A DNA stretch of 64,000 nucleotides from Octopus sinensis (lineage: Eukaryota): positions 59,830,001 through 59,894,000 of the forward strand of contig NC_043000.1 in the NCBI RefSeq assembly GCF_006345805.1, written 5' to 3'. Position 1 is the stretch's first letter; every line of letters starts with the position of its first letter. The position numbers were made by a program, and so were the translations under genes. Under the pieces are notes generated by a model. That model made no database searches and had not been told where the DNA came from. It was given only the letters and a program-made list of their open reading frames with translations. Of the stretch, positions 39,081 to 51,309 are shown piece by piece.

Positions 39081-39929
39081 ATCACTATTATTCTCAGAAG
39101 CATAAAATACTGTTTGGGGCAATGAATGTTTCTATTTTAATCCTGGCCATTAATCCTCAAAAAGTAATCAAAATATCTGTTATAGATTCTCAAGGATCTT
39201 TAATTGAGCTGAAAATGTAAAAATACTCTTGTAATCCTAGCATTGAACTAACACTAAGATCTCTTGCACTTAGTACCTAACTTCCTAAAGTCATGCAAAC
39301 TGAAGGAAATAATCTTAACTCTATAACAGAGTATAACCATGAAAGAAAACACACCTTATCACCTCAGCAACAGAGTATTATCATTGTCATTCTACTCTCC
39401 ATTGCACTTATTAGCATTTAACATTTCAACTAGATGTTATCACAGTTTGGATTTAACCAATGGCTAACTGAAGCTAATCCTTTTTGAAATATATTTGCCA
39501 TGCTTCCTGTTTCCGAACAAATAAAGACCAGATGTAATTTGCATTTAAATTTTCTAAATCGATTAAGTTATTTAGAATATTCTATGAAAGAAATATAAAG
39601 ATCACCAACTAATATTGCTACATTATTGAGAAAATGTTTGCACAGTGGATTTTTATTATTAATAATGTGATGATGTAGTAGTGTTAATATACTTCAAAAA
39701 AGAAAACTTTTTGTTTATATAAGTCAGGTCTGAATTCAGCTAAGAATGGAGTTGAATGGAAAATGGAGAATACAGATTATACAGACTCGGCTAAACCAGA
39801 CCAACATAGAAAACAGATGTCATAGCAACAATGAGACCAGGGATCGGGGATGGGGGTAACATTATACATACATATATACATACAAACATACATACATATA
39901 TTATTTATATATGTATGTATATATGTATA

Positions 39930-39984
<55 letters not shown>

Positions 39985-40709
39985 ACCCATGTAAAACAAT
40001 GCATAGAAATGTACACACGTCTACAATAAGTTATATACCCATATGTAAACACTTTTATTATTATCATTTTCTTTGCTGGTGTATAGCCATGTTTCTATCC
40101 TCATTAAGTAGCATGGCAGTTAAATTTCTTTTCTTCCTCAATCATTTGAGTAAACATACATCTAAATAGCCCTCGTTGTTCTCTCTTTAACTTTACTTGG
40201 ACTATAATAAATGTTGTGTATTTTATATTATTTCCACAACTACAAATGTTGAATATAATTTTGGCAATTTAAGATCTTGATTTCAACTGAGGTGCACTTT
40301 AGAGAAATGACAAAACTAAAACAAATAAATAGCAGTGTTGAAAGAAGTTTGATTTCACAAAAGAAATATTTCATTTAAAGTTCTAAAGTAAAAGACAGCA
40401 AAACTTAATAAGATAAAAAGACTCATAAGTTGTTTGTTGGAAATAGTTGTAAGGAGACAAGTGCTATGACAAAGAAGAGTTATTGGATTTCCCTAATACA
40501 AATTCATATTTGTAAACAACTAGTCCCTCACTCTGACTGAAGGATTATGACTTAACTTATGTTGGTACACATTAATTCTGAATTATTATTTGACTTATTT
40601 TCATAGGTCCTCAATGACTATAAGCACACAAGAAATGCTTCAATATTGCAAATACACAAATCAGGTCTTTACTAAATGATAACAGTATCTAATGTGCTCA
40701 AATGATTAA

Positions 40710-40875
40710 AGGTGGTAAGTTGGCAGAATCATTAGTTCAAATTCTGCCAGGGCTGACTTTGCCTTTTTCCATCCTTTTGGGGGTTGATAGAGTACAAGTT
40801 GAACACTGACGGTAACTTAATCGACTAATCTCCTCCCCTGAAAATTGCTGGCCTTGTGCCAAAATTTGAAACCAA
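40710..40875 (+). mobile_element. SINE family A copy with internal deletion
   Basis: ggtggtaagttggcagaatcattag...gactttgcctttttccatccttttgggggttgatag...gccttgtgccaaaatttgaaacca. Confidence 0.75.
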
Positions 40876-41491
40876 TGTGCTCAAATGATAGGATTTTATT
40901 AGCACTCGCTCACATTACACTCTGATGGTTTTTAGGTCAATAAAGGTGATTTCCTTCAGGAAAATACAATAGTGGGGAATACACAGAACTTTTAAACTAA
41001 TTGTGATCTTTAAAGATAAGGACATCAATTGTCCTATTTTAGCATTGGTTATTCTACACTTCTGCTAGAGATAGGCACTGAAAAAAATTATGTTCTATTT
41101 CTTGCATTCCTTTTTAGGTAAATGCAAGTTTAAACACGGGTAAGAAATAGTAAGTTTAAGAAATAGCAAACAACCTTTGTCCAGAGTATTACTTAAATAA
41201 CATGCAAAATATATTGAAAGGCTTTAATGATAAAACAGTGCAAAACAAACTTTGATATATCACTTCTTTTTCGAAGAAGCGATATTTTAAACCAATCCAG
41301 CCTTCTGCTGATTGAAATACAAGGGAAAATTACTTATTAACTATGATACACTGCTGTTGCGAGGCTAAGGTAATGTACTTACTAGAAAACATGTTGATTT
41401 TATTAAAGTTTATTGTATCCTGTCTATCTGTTTATCTATCTACCTATATCTCTCTCTTTGTATGTACACATGTATACATGCAAGCAAACAA

Positions 41492-41539
<48 letters not shown>

Positions 41540-41774
41540 AGAGAGAGAACCAGGAAGGGATTTTGTTTTTATAGTGTAGTACAAAAAAGTAATCATCAGA
41601 ACTTTATGTTGGAAGTATCTAGAACCTTATATATGCTAATTTGCATGAAATCAACAGCAGTTACATTTCTAAACTGCAGTTTAGTTTTGTCAGTGGTCAG
41701 TACCTGTCAACTGATTTGAAAGTAATAAGATGATAGAATATATAGGGATTACAGAGCACAACAACCTGTTCCAT

Positions 41775-41970
41775 CATTGTCACCTGGGAAACACAATAAC
41801 AAGACTTATAAGCAGTTAGATAAGGTAAAGGCATTTAAGAACACGTCGATGATCTGTAACCTGTGCCTTACAGAAAAACTGTATCATAATATAAAAAAAA
41901 AACAAACAAAAAAAAACATTAAAAAGACATAATTTTGAGATGTCTACACATGCGTAAATCTTTCCTTGAG
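41775..41970 (+). mobile_element. Penelope-like element GIY-YIG endonuclease C-terminal remnant
   Basis: LDKVKAFKNTSMICNLCLTEKLY and IILRCLHMRKSFL resemble the recalled ...KRCNLCLTEK...SKCRHxxKF tail of marine-invertebrate Penelope-like endonucleases. Confidence 0.55.
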
Positions 41971-43601
41971 AAGCATAATAGATGACCAGATCATTTGTAC
42001 TGCCTAAAATTATCATATTACTGTTAAACCCGTTGACATGTACATCAAGCGATCTCACGGTACTAAAGCATAATACGTGTTTATCTCATATATGTATGTA
42101 TGTGTACAAATGTGTATGGACAAACATATAATGTTTATATGCAAATATATAAACATTAGGATGATAAAGTACGTGGACAGTAGAAAATTTGCTATAAACA
42201 CACCAACTGTAACAAACACGATTAAAACCAGTTTGGGAAATCTATTTATAGAGCTTGACAAGATATCATTATCTCAGTCAGTTGTTTTCCACATTATTAA
42301 TATGCAGCTATTGATTGCTGATCACAATACCATATACACAAACTTATTCAAAATGCAAGCATCAAAATTGTCTGAGTTGGAGAAGGGAAATAAAGTTTTC
42401 TTCTTTTCCCTTTTTAATAGCAGATTTATTTCTGATCTTGGTTCTCACATATGTTCGTTGTCTCCTTTTCTGTCCTACCATTAATTTAATCTGCTGATAT
42501 TATACATCTGTATAAAGTGTCAGCTTTCATGTGTAATATAACCCAGCTTATCAAATTATTGATTTCTAACATAGGCACAAGGTCTCAAATTTGAAGAATA
42601 AATAGAATTCATTAGATTCAATCCCTATACTCATCTAGTACATATTTTATTGACAAAAGCATAGTCAACCTTGAATTTGAACTCAGAGTATAAAGCTACA
42701 CAACTAAATATTACAAAATATTTTGCCTATCACCCTACTGATTCGGCCAATCTTCTGCCCGAGTTGATGACAGCTATTTACACAATAGGTACCACTATGA
42801 AACTACACTATTTATATTTCCTGAACTCTTTTCAACAATTATTAAATTTTGACTATGAATATTAATAGGAACCTAACACTTTGTTTATTCAGCTAAAGTT
42901 CATATATGAGATCATATTTTGTACATAATATAGGTAGTGATTTCAAATACATATTAGATACTACTGAAAAATATTCCTTACACACACATGTCATTGTTAT
43001 AACATTCTTTCTACATGCTAGAATGGATTAGTCCATTCTCTAAAACAGCATCTTTCCATATGCAACAATCTATTGTTAACTTATTTGTTGTTCTTATGTC
43101 TGTTCATTTTATTTTGTATTGCAACTTGTGGACAATAGATTTGTTGATTACAAGTTTCTAATGGATCAATCACTGGTTCACTGCATGTTTGATGGCAATA
43201 GGGACAACTGGGCATCTGTAACTCAATGAATTTCATTCAGCATCCTTCACCAATAGAGGCAAAAAAAAAAACCTGCATGCATACACACATGCAGAAATTG
43301 TGAAATATTGCAAGGATTCTTCATTTGAATTACCCAGAATAAAAATATGTACACAATCACATACTCATAGGGCTTACATACACATTTGTATGCTAAAGTG
43401 AGATACACACCTATTACATGAGTGCAAGTTTATCCACATATGCACCTACAACTATACACATGCACATACTAACTCACTGACATGTTCTCAAATTCGAGGA
43501 ACTGTTCTGACTCAAACAAAAGAACCTTGTTATTTTGTTAATGAATCCAGCAAAGGAAAAACTTAAACCTCAAACAACTACACACATATATGTATATAGT
43601 G

Positions 43602-43942
43602 CAAGAGTGGCTGTGTGGTAAGTAGCTTGCTTACCAACCACATGGTTCCAGGTTCATTCCCACTGCGACCAAAGCCTTGTGAGTGGATTTGGTAGATGGA
43701 AACTGAAAGAAGCCTGTCATATATATGTATATATGTATGTGTGTCTGTGTTTGTCCCTCCAACATCACTTGGCAATTGATGCTGGTGTGTTTACATCCCC
43801 GTAACTTAGCGGTTCGGCAAAAGAGACCGACAGAATAAGTACTAGGCTTACAAAGAATAAGTCCTGGGGTCGATTTGCTCGACTAAAGGCGGTGCTCCAG
43901 CATGGCCACAGTCAAATGACTGAAACAAGTAACAGAATAAAA
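43602..43942 (+). mobile_element. SINE family B copy (well preserved, short internal deletion)
   Basis: gtggctgtgtggtaagtagcttgcttaccaaccacatggttccaggttca...ggcggtgctccagcatggccacagtcaaatgactgaaacaag. Confidence 0.85.
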
Positions 43943-44290
43943 GAATATATATATATATACTCAATGGGCTTCTACACAATTTTCACCAATTAAATTTTAC
44001 TCACAAGATACTGGTCAACTTGAGGCTGTAGTAAAAGAGATCTCTTCTTCCATACAGATAAATGAATATCTTTGATGCCCAATATCTTCATCTGATCATT
44101 GCTAATGAATCATCCACACAAAATGGTACATTTACAAAAAAAATTGTAGTCAACTTATACCCTCACTAATGTAGATCCTTTGCATTCATCAGCTTTTCAC
44201 TTCTTACAAACACCTTGTCTAAACTAACTCTTGTAAACAGAGGGAAATCATTAGAGAAAGAATCTGCTAATCGCTAGGAGCAGTTTTTTA

Positions 44291-44324
<34 letters not shown>

Positions 44325-44645
44325 TTAGCTTCATTACTTGCACAGTTGCCATTTCAATAGCCAATGGCTTTTGTGTACTTGCATTAGATATACAGTACGA
44401 TATTTTTGTATATTTCCATGAATCTATTAAATGGTAACCTAAAATATACTTCTAAGCAAATGTTACAAAGAATATTTATCTATTTAGAACTTAAAGCAAA
44501 TGAAAGCACATATTGCCAAAATAGAAAAATCTGTGCTTTCAGGATGTGTTTTCATGTTTTCTTACAAGAGTTTAGTTTGTAATGGAGCATATTATATATC
44601 ATAAATAAAAATAAATGCGTCCTTTTTAAAGCCTAGCCAGGCTCA

Positions 44646-44947
44646 TTGTTGTTCCTTCTCGAGCCATGTCTGGCTCATGAGGGCCGGTTTCCCGGTTTCC
44701 TTGGCATATAGGTTCCCACCTGGATGGGACGCCAGTCCATCACAGGTGAGCTGCAAGATGCAGGAGGAAAGAGTGAGAGAAAGTTGTGGTGAAAGAGTCA
44801 GCAGAAGTTCGCCATTACTTTCTGCAGGAACCGTGTGGAGTTTAGTTGTTTCGCTCATAAACACACACATCGCCTGGTCTGAGATTCGAACCCGCGATCC
44901 CTCGACCGCGAGTCTGCTGCTCTAACCACTAGGCCATGTGCCTCCAC
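44646..44947 (-). mobile_element. tRNA-derived SINE (family C) with V-domain-like body
   Basis: Reverse strand: A box TGGCCTAGTGG, B box GGTTCGAATC, body ctgtgatggactggcgtcccatccagg, tail gaaggaacaacaa; CpG-rich. Confidence 0.85.
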
Positions 44948-45203
44948 AAATAAATGTGCCCTTTTAAAGCCTAGCCAGGTTCATGGGCCCAGTTTCCCGG
45001 TTTCAATGGCCTATGTGTTCCCCAGCTGGACAGGACGCCAGTCCATCACAGCGTTACTCATTTTTTGCCAGCTGAGTGGACTGGAGCAACATGAAATGAA
45101 GTGTTTTGCTCAAGAACACAATGTGTCGCTCAGTCCAGGAATCAAAACCACAATCTTACGATCATGATGCTGATACCCTAACCACTAAGCCATGCACCTC
45201 CAC
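44948..45203 (-). mobile_element. tRNA-derived SINE (family D; CORE-like plus V-like blocks)
   Basis: Reverse strand gtggaggtgcatggcttagtggttaggg...ttcttgagcaaaacacttcatttc...gctgtgatggactggcgtcctgtccag...ggctaggctttaaaaggg. Confidence 0.85.
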
Positions 45204-46409
45204 ATTATTTATCATAGTTTTCTTTAATATTTTTTTTTCAAGATTGTTAATTCACAATAAATATAGTCAATGATTTAAAAGTTAATATATTCATTCAATA
45301 TGTTAATATATATTCATTCAATATGTCAAATAAATGTGCAAGTCAAAATTATTGAGAACTGAATTTTTCAATTTTAAAGGGTTCCAGGATTGAAATTTTT
45401 AGAAATATTGCCAAACTCACCTTAATGTCTTGACTGTCTTCACCCTTTACAGCATATATTCCTTTCTGGAAACAAAAACAAAAAAATAGATAAAATTGTG
45501 AAAACCAACTAATGAAATAATTAATGAAGATTCCTAAGAAAAAAGATATAAATTGAAAAAATTTCATTTTAAATTGTAAAGTTTGTCATATCCATGAAAA
45601 GAGAGAAGCAGTAAATGGCCTTTGGTGAAAACACTACTTTATCCTATATTTGGTAAAAGTGGAAAGCAGAACAAGCAAACAGGATTTTGAAATAAATATG
45701 TAATCTGTTTTTATAATACTAATCACATTTTTACTCAGAAAAATTAGAAAAGGTAGACGTTAAATCTAAGTTTCTATTACCAATTATTATCATAGTAAAA
45801 AATATCAGTTATATTTAAGCACATTTGTTTCATACCAATTCTTCACTTACAAACCTTTACACTTCTATTAAGAAGTTCATTGTATTTCCACTATTCAAAG
45901 CCTACCTCAATATGCAAAGGTTACAATTCATAAACCACATTCTATTCCAGTACAAACCACTCTGGCAATATGTCCAACCATTTGGAAACACTTTTAACAA
46001 CACTCTATAATACTCTCACAGTACAAAAATAATTTTACTCTCTCATCATTTAATCAAGACAAACACTTACTTCTATGCTTCACCAAAAAAATATATATAC
46101 ACTAACATAGCTTTAAAATCAATCCCTCCTCTGGTCCAAGCTTTGTGTTGCTTTCGCATCCCTTTATAATAAATTCTGAGAAATCAAACTTAGTACATAC
46201 TGGTTGAACTAATTTAACCTGTTTCTCTTGCACCATAAATAAATCTAACAAACATATTAAAACCAGAAGAATGGTAAATGAATGAAACATTGAAATAGCC
46301 ACAATACTGTGTGCTCACATAACCAGTAGAGACTGAGTTGAAACTGAAATGTGCAATTGTCTAAAATTCTGAGGTGAAGAGTTGTTGTTATTATTATCAT
46401 TATCATTAT

Positions 46410-46803
46410 TAAAGCAGAACTGTTATCATGCCTAGCAACATTTCTTCATGATCTGCATGTTTAAAGTTCAAATCCCACTGAGGTCAGCTTTACTGTTCAT
46501 CCTTTTGGGGTCAATAAAATATGTACAAGTTCAGTACAGAAGTCAATGTAATTAGCTTCCTCTGCCCCTCAAAATTACTACCCTTGTGTCTAAATTATTA
46601 TTATCATTATTAGGCAGTGAGCTGGCAGAATCGTTAGCATACAAAGCAAAATGCTTAGTGACATTTACCACCACTTTATGTTCTGAGTTCAAATTTCACC
46701 AAGGTCAACTTTACCTTTCATTCTTTTAGGGTCAATAAAATAAGAGCCAGCCAAGCACTAGGGTCTATGTAATTGACTAGCCCTTTCCCCAAAAATTTGA
46801 AAT
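46410..46803 (+). mobile_element. Two chained SINE family A copies
   Basis: Family A cores separated by attattattatcattattaggcag. Confidence 0.8.
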
Positions 46804-46819
46804 CATTATTATTATCATT

Positions 46820-47612
46820 GTTGTTTTTGTTCATGTTACTGTTGCTTTGTTTCATATGAGCAGTTTCAAGTCTCACCCAGAGACCACAAGTAACAGCAAA
46901 TTGGACATTTTAATATGGGTGTTATTTATGATTAGCAGTGATTGTATGGTAAGACGTCCGTATCTGAGAATTAGGATTCTGTTAAATTTTAATACTTCAG
47001 TTTTGAAAGAGTTTTAAGAGAATCAGGTATTTTCAAGTTGAGAATAACTTTCTTAGGATGTAGGCCGTACCTATGAGAATAATTTTTGTATAGTTATGAT
47101 GCCTTGGGATTAACCTAGTACCTAGCTATAGTGTTTAAGAGTGCAATTTGGGTTGTCCCCAAAGCCATGATAATCACAGGTACAGTTGTTGCTCTTAGAT
47201 ACCAGATTTTTGAGACCTCTGTTTCATATTTTCTTACCTTCTCTATGAGCAGACATGTTTTGTCAGCATGGTTTTTTAACACAATATCTGATCTACTGGT
47301 CTGTAAAGCATGATCAGTTTTGATACTAAAGTGATATTATTTTCTACTACTTTGGCAGGCTTATGTTCCCACCAATTCTTCTCATGTGGGTGTCCAGACT
47401 TACAACATATGAGCCAGTGCAAATACCGACCAACACTATCATGGCATCAAATATTCATTTGAGGCAAGCAGAGAGCATCCAGAGATGAGTGGTCAATTAT
47501 TTCCCTGGCTGTACCACAAAATCTGCAAGCAGGATTGGCACCATTTTTAAGAATGCTTGCTTGGTAGTTTCTGGTGGGTAGACACTGAACCTGAGCAGCT
47601 ACAATGAAGCCC
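46820..47612 (-). mobile_element. Second, more diverged R4/Dong-clade LINE 3' fragment
   Basis: Reverse strand GFIVAAQVQCLPTRNYQASILKNGANPACRFCGTAREIIDH, HDSVGRYLHWLICC, PHEKNWWEHKP, SRSDIVLKN, EVSKIWYLRATTVPVII is colinear with 8576..9583; shares the 3' UTR motif ggtctctgggtgagacttg. Confidence 0.88.
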
Positions 47613-47629
47613 TATTATTATCATTATTG

Positions 47630-48265
47630 AAGGTGGCGAGCTGACAGGATCGTTAGCATGCCAGACGCAATGCTTAGCAGTATTCCACCTGTCGCGATGT
47701 CATGAGTTCAAATTCCACCAAGGTCAACTATACCTTTCATCCTTCGGGGTTGATAATATAAGTACCAGTTCAACACTGGGGTCGATGTAATTGACTCATC
47801 CCATCCCCCAAAATAGCTGACCTTGTGGCAAAATTTGAAACCACCACCACCATCATTATTATTATTATAAGGCAGTGAGCTGGCAGAATTATTAGTGTGT
47901 CTGACAAAATACTTATCAGCATTTCTTTTGGCCTTACATTCTGAATTCAAGTACCACTGAGTATCCTGTCTTGCATCCTTTTATCGATCCCAATTAAGCA
48001 CTGGGGTCAATGAAATTAACTAGCCCTCTCTCACTAAATTTCAGTCCATGTGTCTATTAGTAGAAAGGATCATCATCATCATCATTATTGTTATTATGGT
48101 ATTGTGGCATTTTGTTCATCTTTAAGTTCTCAGTTCAAATTCCACTGAGGTCAACTTTGTCTTTCATCCTTTTACGGTCAATAAAATAAGTACTAGTGAA
48201 ACACTGGGGTCAATGTAACTGACCGTCCACCAAAATTTCAGGCCTTGTACCTATAGTAGAAAGGA
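47630..48265 (+). mobile_element. Three chained SINE family A copies
   Basis: Cores at about 47630, 47870 and 48125, with ATT/ATC linkers. Confidence 0.8.
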
Positions 48266-48874
48266 TTATTATTATTATATTTTTTTTTTCAGACAGTTTT
48301 TTTCTTGGTTGCTATTATCAACAGCCTTCTTCAGGTGCCTGTCATATTTTCATACTTGGTAATATTCTCAGTATTTGAACTGAACCTTGGGTGTTTGGTA
48401 GATTATCCTCCATCCATTGTCTTATTACCAGGGATAATTTTTAAGGACAATAGGAGAGTGATTTCAAGTGTCAAATGTCAAATGTTATATTGTGGGTGTA
48501 TGCTCATTCCCTGGGTCAGTCAGTTTATATTTACTTTAGTTCAAGCAGAAAAAAACCAAGTGGCATCATAAGTGGGAAAATAATTAACACAAAATTAATT
48601 ATATTGCTAGTATAGACAATGGAATGAGAACAATTTATGCCTATGAATACAATATAGAGTTGAAATTCCAGGAAAATTACCAGTTACGACAGGCACCTGT
48701 GAAAGGTACAATAAAAATGTTGTTACTGTAACAAGATGAAGGCACCAGTCCAAATTTATCGGTGTATAATAAGATGCACTAGATGTGTGGATTAGTTTTG
48801 AACTACTTCTAGTTACTGTACTTGAGCAGAATTGCCTGTCATAATACAACAACAACTACTAGAGCTGCTGCTAT

Positions 48875-48913
<39 letters not shown>

Positions 48914-49434
48914 ACATTTCAAGTAGTATACAATCTGCTTTCTGTTCAGAAATTCTGTTCCAAAAGGTACTATCAAAAAAATTACATGACTTCTAAACTT
49001 CTCAGTCTTTAGGTGTCATATTCTAAGGATCATATCTAGTGCTAATATTGCTTAGTAAAAATCATGCCTTTCAACATTGAATACTCTGTTGTCAAAGCCT
49101 ACTTAGTATGCTTAAGCATTTTTTTTTACTTAACAGATAATAATACCTTACAGAGAAAAGCTCCCCTCCACCATAAAAAATCTTACTACAAATTAACTGT
49201 CAAACTCCCATAAAATTCAAGCTTAATTTTTCTTAATAAAACCATAGCATATGAGAAAAGCAAACAAGAAGAAAATAAAATTCAACAACAAAATCAACAG
49301 CTACTAATCAAATGCTGTATCCTAAGAAAACAACACTTATCATTTTATCAAGAAACAATATATAAAATTGCACGTGCAAAATACTGAGTTAGATTTTGCA
49401 AAACAAAACTTTGGACAAAATTACCCACCACCCA

Positions 49435-49436
<2 letters not shown>

Positions 49437-49480
<44 letters not shown>
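49437..49480. repeat. (AC)n microsatellite
   Basis: About 22 AC units. Confidence 0.9.
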
Positions 49481-49485
<5 letters not shown>

Positions 49486-50471
49486 AATTTATTTAGATAA
49501 TATGGTCATAGAGTAAGACTACGAAAGGTTTTCAGGACTTCAACAAAAGGAATGCCAGGGCAAATAGCTGAGACCTGATTGTCAAGATAAAAATCACAAA
49601 ATGGAAACCCAGTTTGTGACAACACCCAGTTGTTTGTTTTATGATACAAATGATTTGACACTACATGATAGAAGACCTCACAAATTACATATGCACATGG
49701 GTGTATAAATATGTATGCATATGTTTTGTAAGAAATTTAATAGGAATAGGTCTTAGAACTATAAATTTCCTTGTATTTTTGCATATTGTGAACTATATAG
49801 TTTTGGCAAAGGAAGTAAAAACGTGATAATTACAGTATTTATTGTTCATTTGCAGATGGTGTGGAAGACAGGAAGAAACATCATTAATAAACACAATCTA
49901 ACAAGAGAAAACAATTTTAAAAAGGTGACTGAAGGTGTGAAATTAATTCTGTTAGAACAGGGCTAAGTTTACTGCTCAGTGCATTAATTGTTATTTTCTT
50001 GCTTTCATCTCATATGAAAGGATGGTTCAGCATAAAATACTAAAATACTAGCACAAAACTTGCTTTAAGTCCAGATTTATACACCGATGCTACAAGAAAT
50101 GGTGTGATAATTATGAATTTGTGACTGCAAGTTATATCATGAACATTTCTGGAACAAGTTGGCAATTAGGAAAAACAAAAAAAGTCTTTGTACATATCAT
50201 TGCACTTCCAGAAAGGAGTAGTTTCTTTTTTGCAGGAGAATGAAATACAAGTATTGTGCAAAACCACTTCAAACATAACTGTAAGTATTAGTTCATGTAA
50301 ACACCACAGAGGCATGAAAAATATCAATGCTTTGGGTCATGGCTGAAACAGCTTTGATATGGAGCTCTGCAAGAGGTTGCATTACAAAACAGTCACCAAG
50401 TTAAAAGGACTCAAGGCATTATAATGTCTTAAAACATTTCAATATTAATATTTCATAAAGCAGTATACTCG

Positions 50472-50697
50472 GCGAGCTGGCAGAAACGTTAGCACGCCGG
50501 GCGAAATGCTTAGTGGTATTTCGTCTGCTGCTACGCTCTGAGTTCAAATTTCGCCGAGGTCGACTTTGCCTTTCATCCTTTCAGGGTCGATTAAATAAGT
50601 ACCAGTTACGCACTGGGGTCGATATAATTGACTTAATCCGTTTGTCTGTCCTTGTTTGTCCTCTCTGTGTTTAGCCCCTTGTGGGTAGTAAAGAGAT
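50472..50697 (+). mobile_element. Young SINE family A insertion with a 10-bp target-site duplication
   Basis: Flanked by AGTATACTCG at 50462-50471 and 50698-50707; many CpGs retained (gcacgccgggcgaaa, tttcgccgaggtcgac). Confidence 0.92.
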
Positions 50698-51309
50698 AGT
50701 ATACTCGTGAATGGTTGTTTTAATAAGAGAAACAACAGCATTGATGAGAAATGGCATCAATGATACAGACTAGGTAGTCAACTTTCAATGGAAAGTAAAA
50801 TAGGTAGTCATACATTTCCAAATGACAGTTACCAGTATTTTACCAATACATGTGGTAATGTTTTATATAGTTCATTTTCATAATGTGTGTAATTAACGCA
50901 ATTCTCAGAGAAACTAATTGCATAAAAATTTCAAAAAAATTTTTAATCAGATATATATAATTTTATCTTTCCATTTTCCTTCTTTTTATCTTCAAATTTT
51001 ACAAGATACCAAAACTGATATTACTTAATGTGATTAGACTGTGATAGTATATTTTCTATTATATTTAAAGCTATAACAACAGTTCTGAACTCTACCTGAT
51101 TAATTATACATTACTTGTCTGTCTATTTTTAATCTTCCACACTAGTCCAGTCACAACTGTTACTATATTTGTATTGCAATGGAAAGCGACAAGAGCAAAA
51201 GGAGGATTCTAGTGAAATGTTCTCATGTAGTCTTTTTAAACTCAATTACATTCCTTTCTATTTTTTTAATATTATTGGTCTAATCCAAAGGATAGGGCTG
51301 TACTCAGAG

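Noticed and set aside
44873-44947. tRNA gene
   Set aside because: It has A and B boxes but no proper acceptor stem and continues into a SINE body and tail; it is a SINE head.
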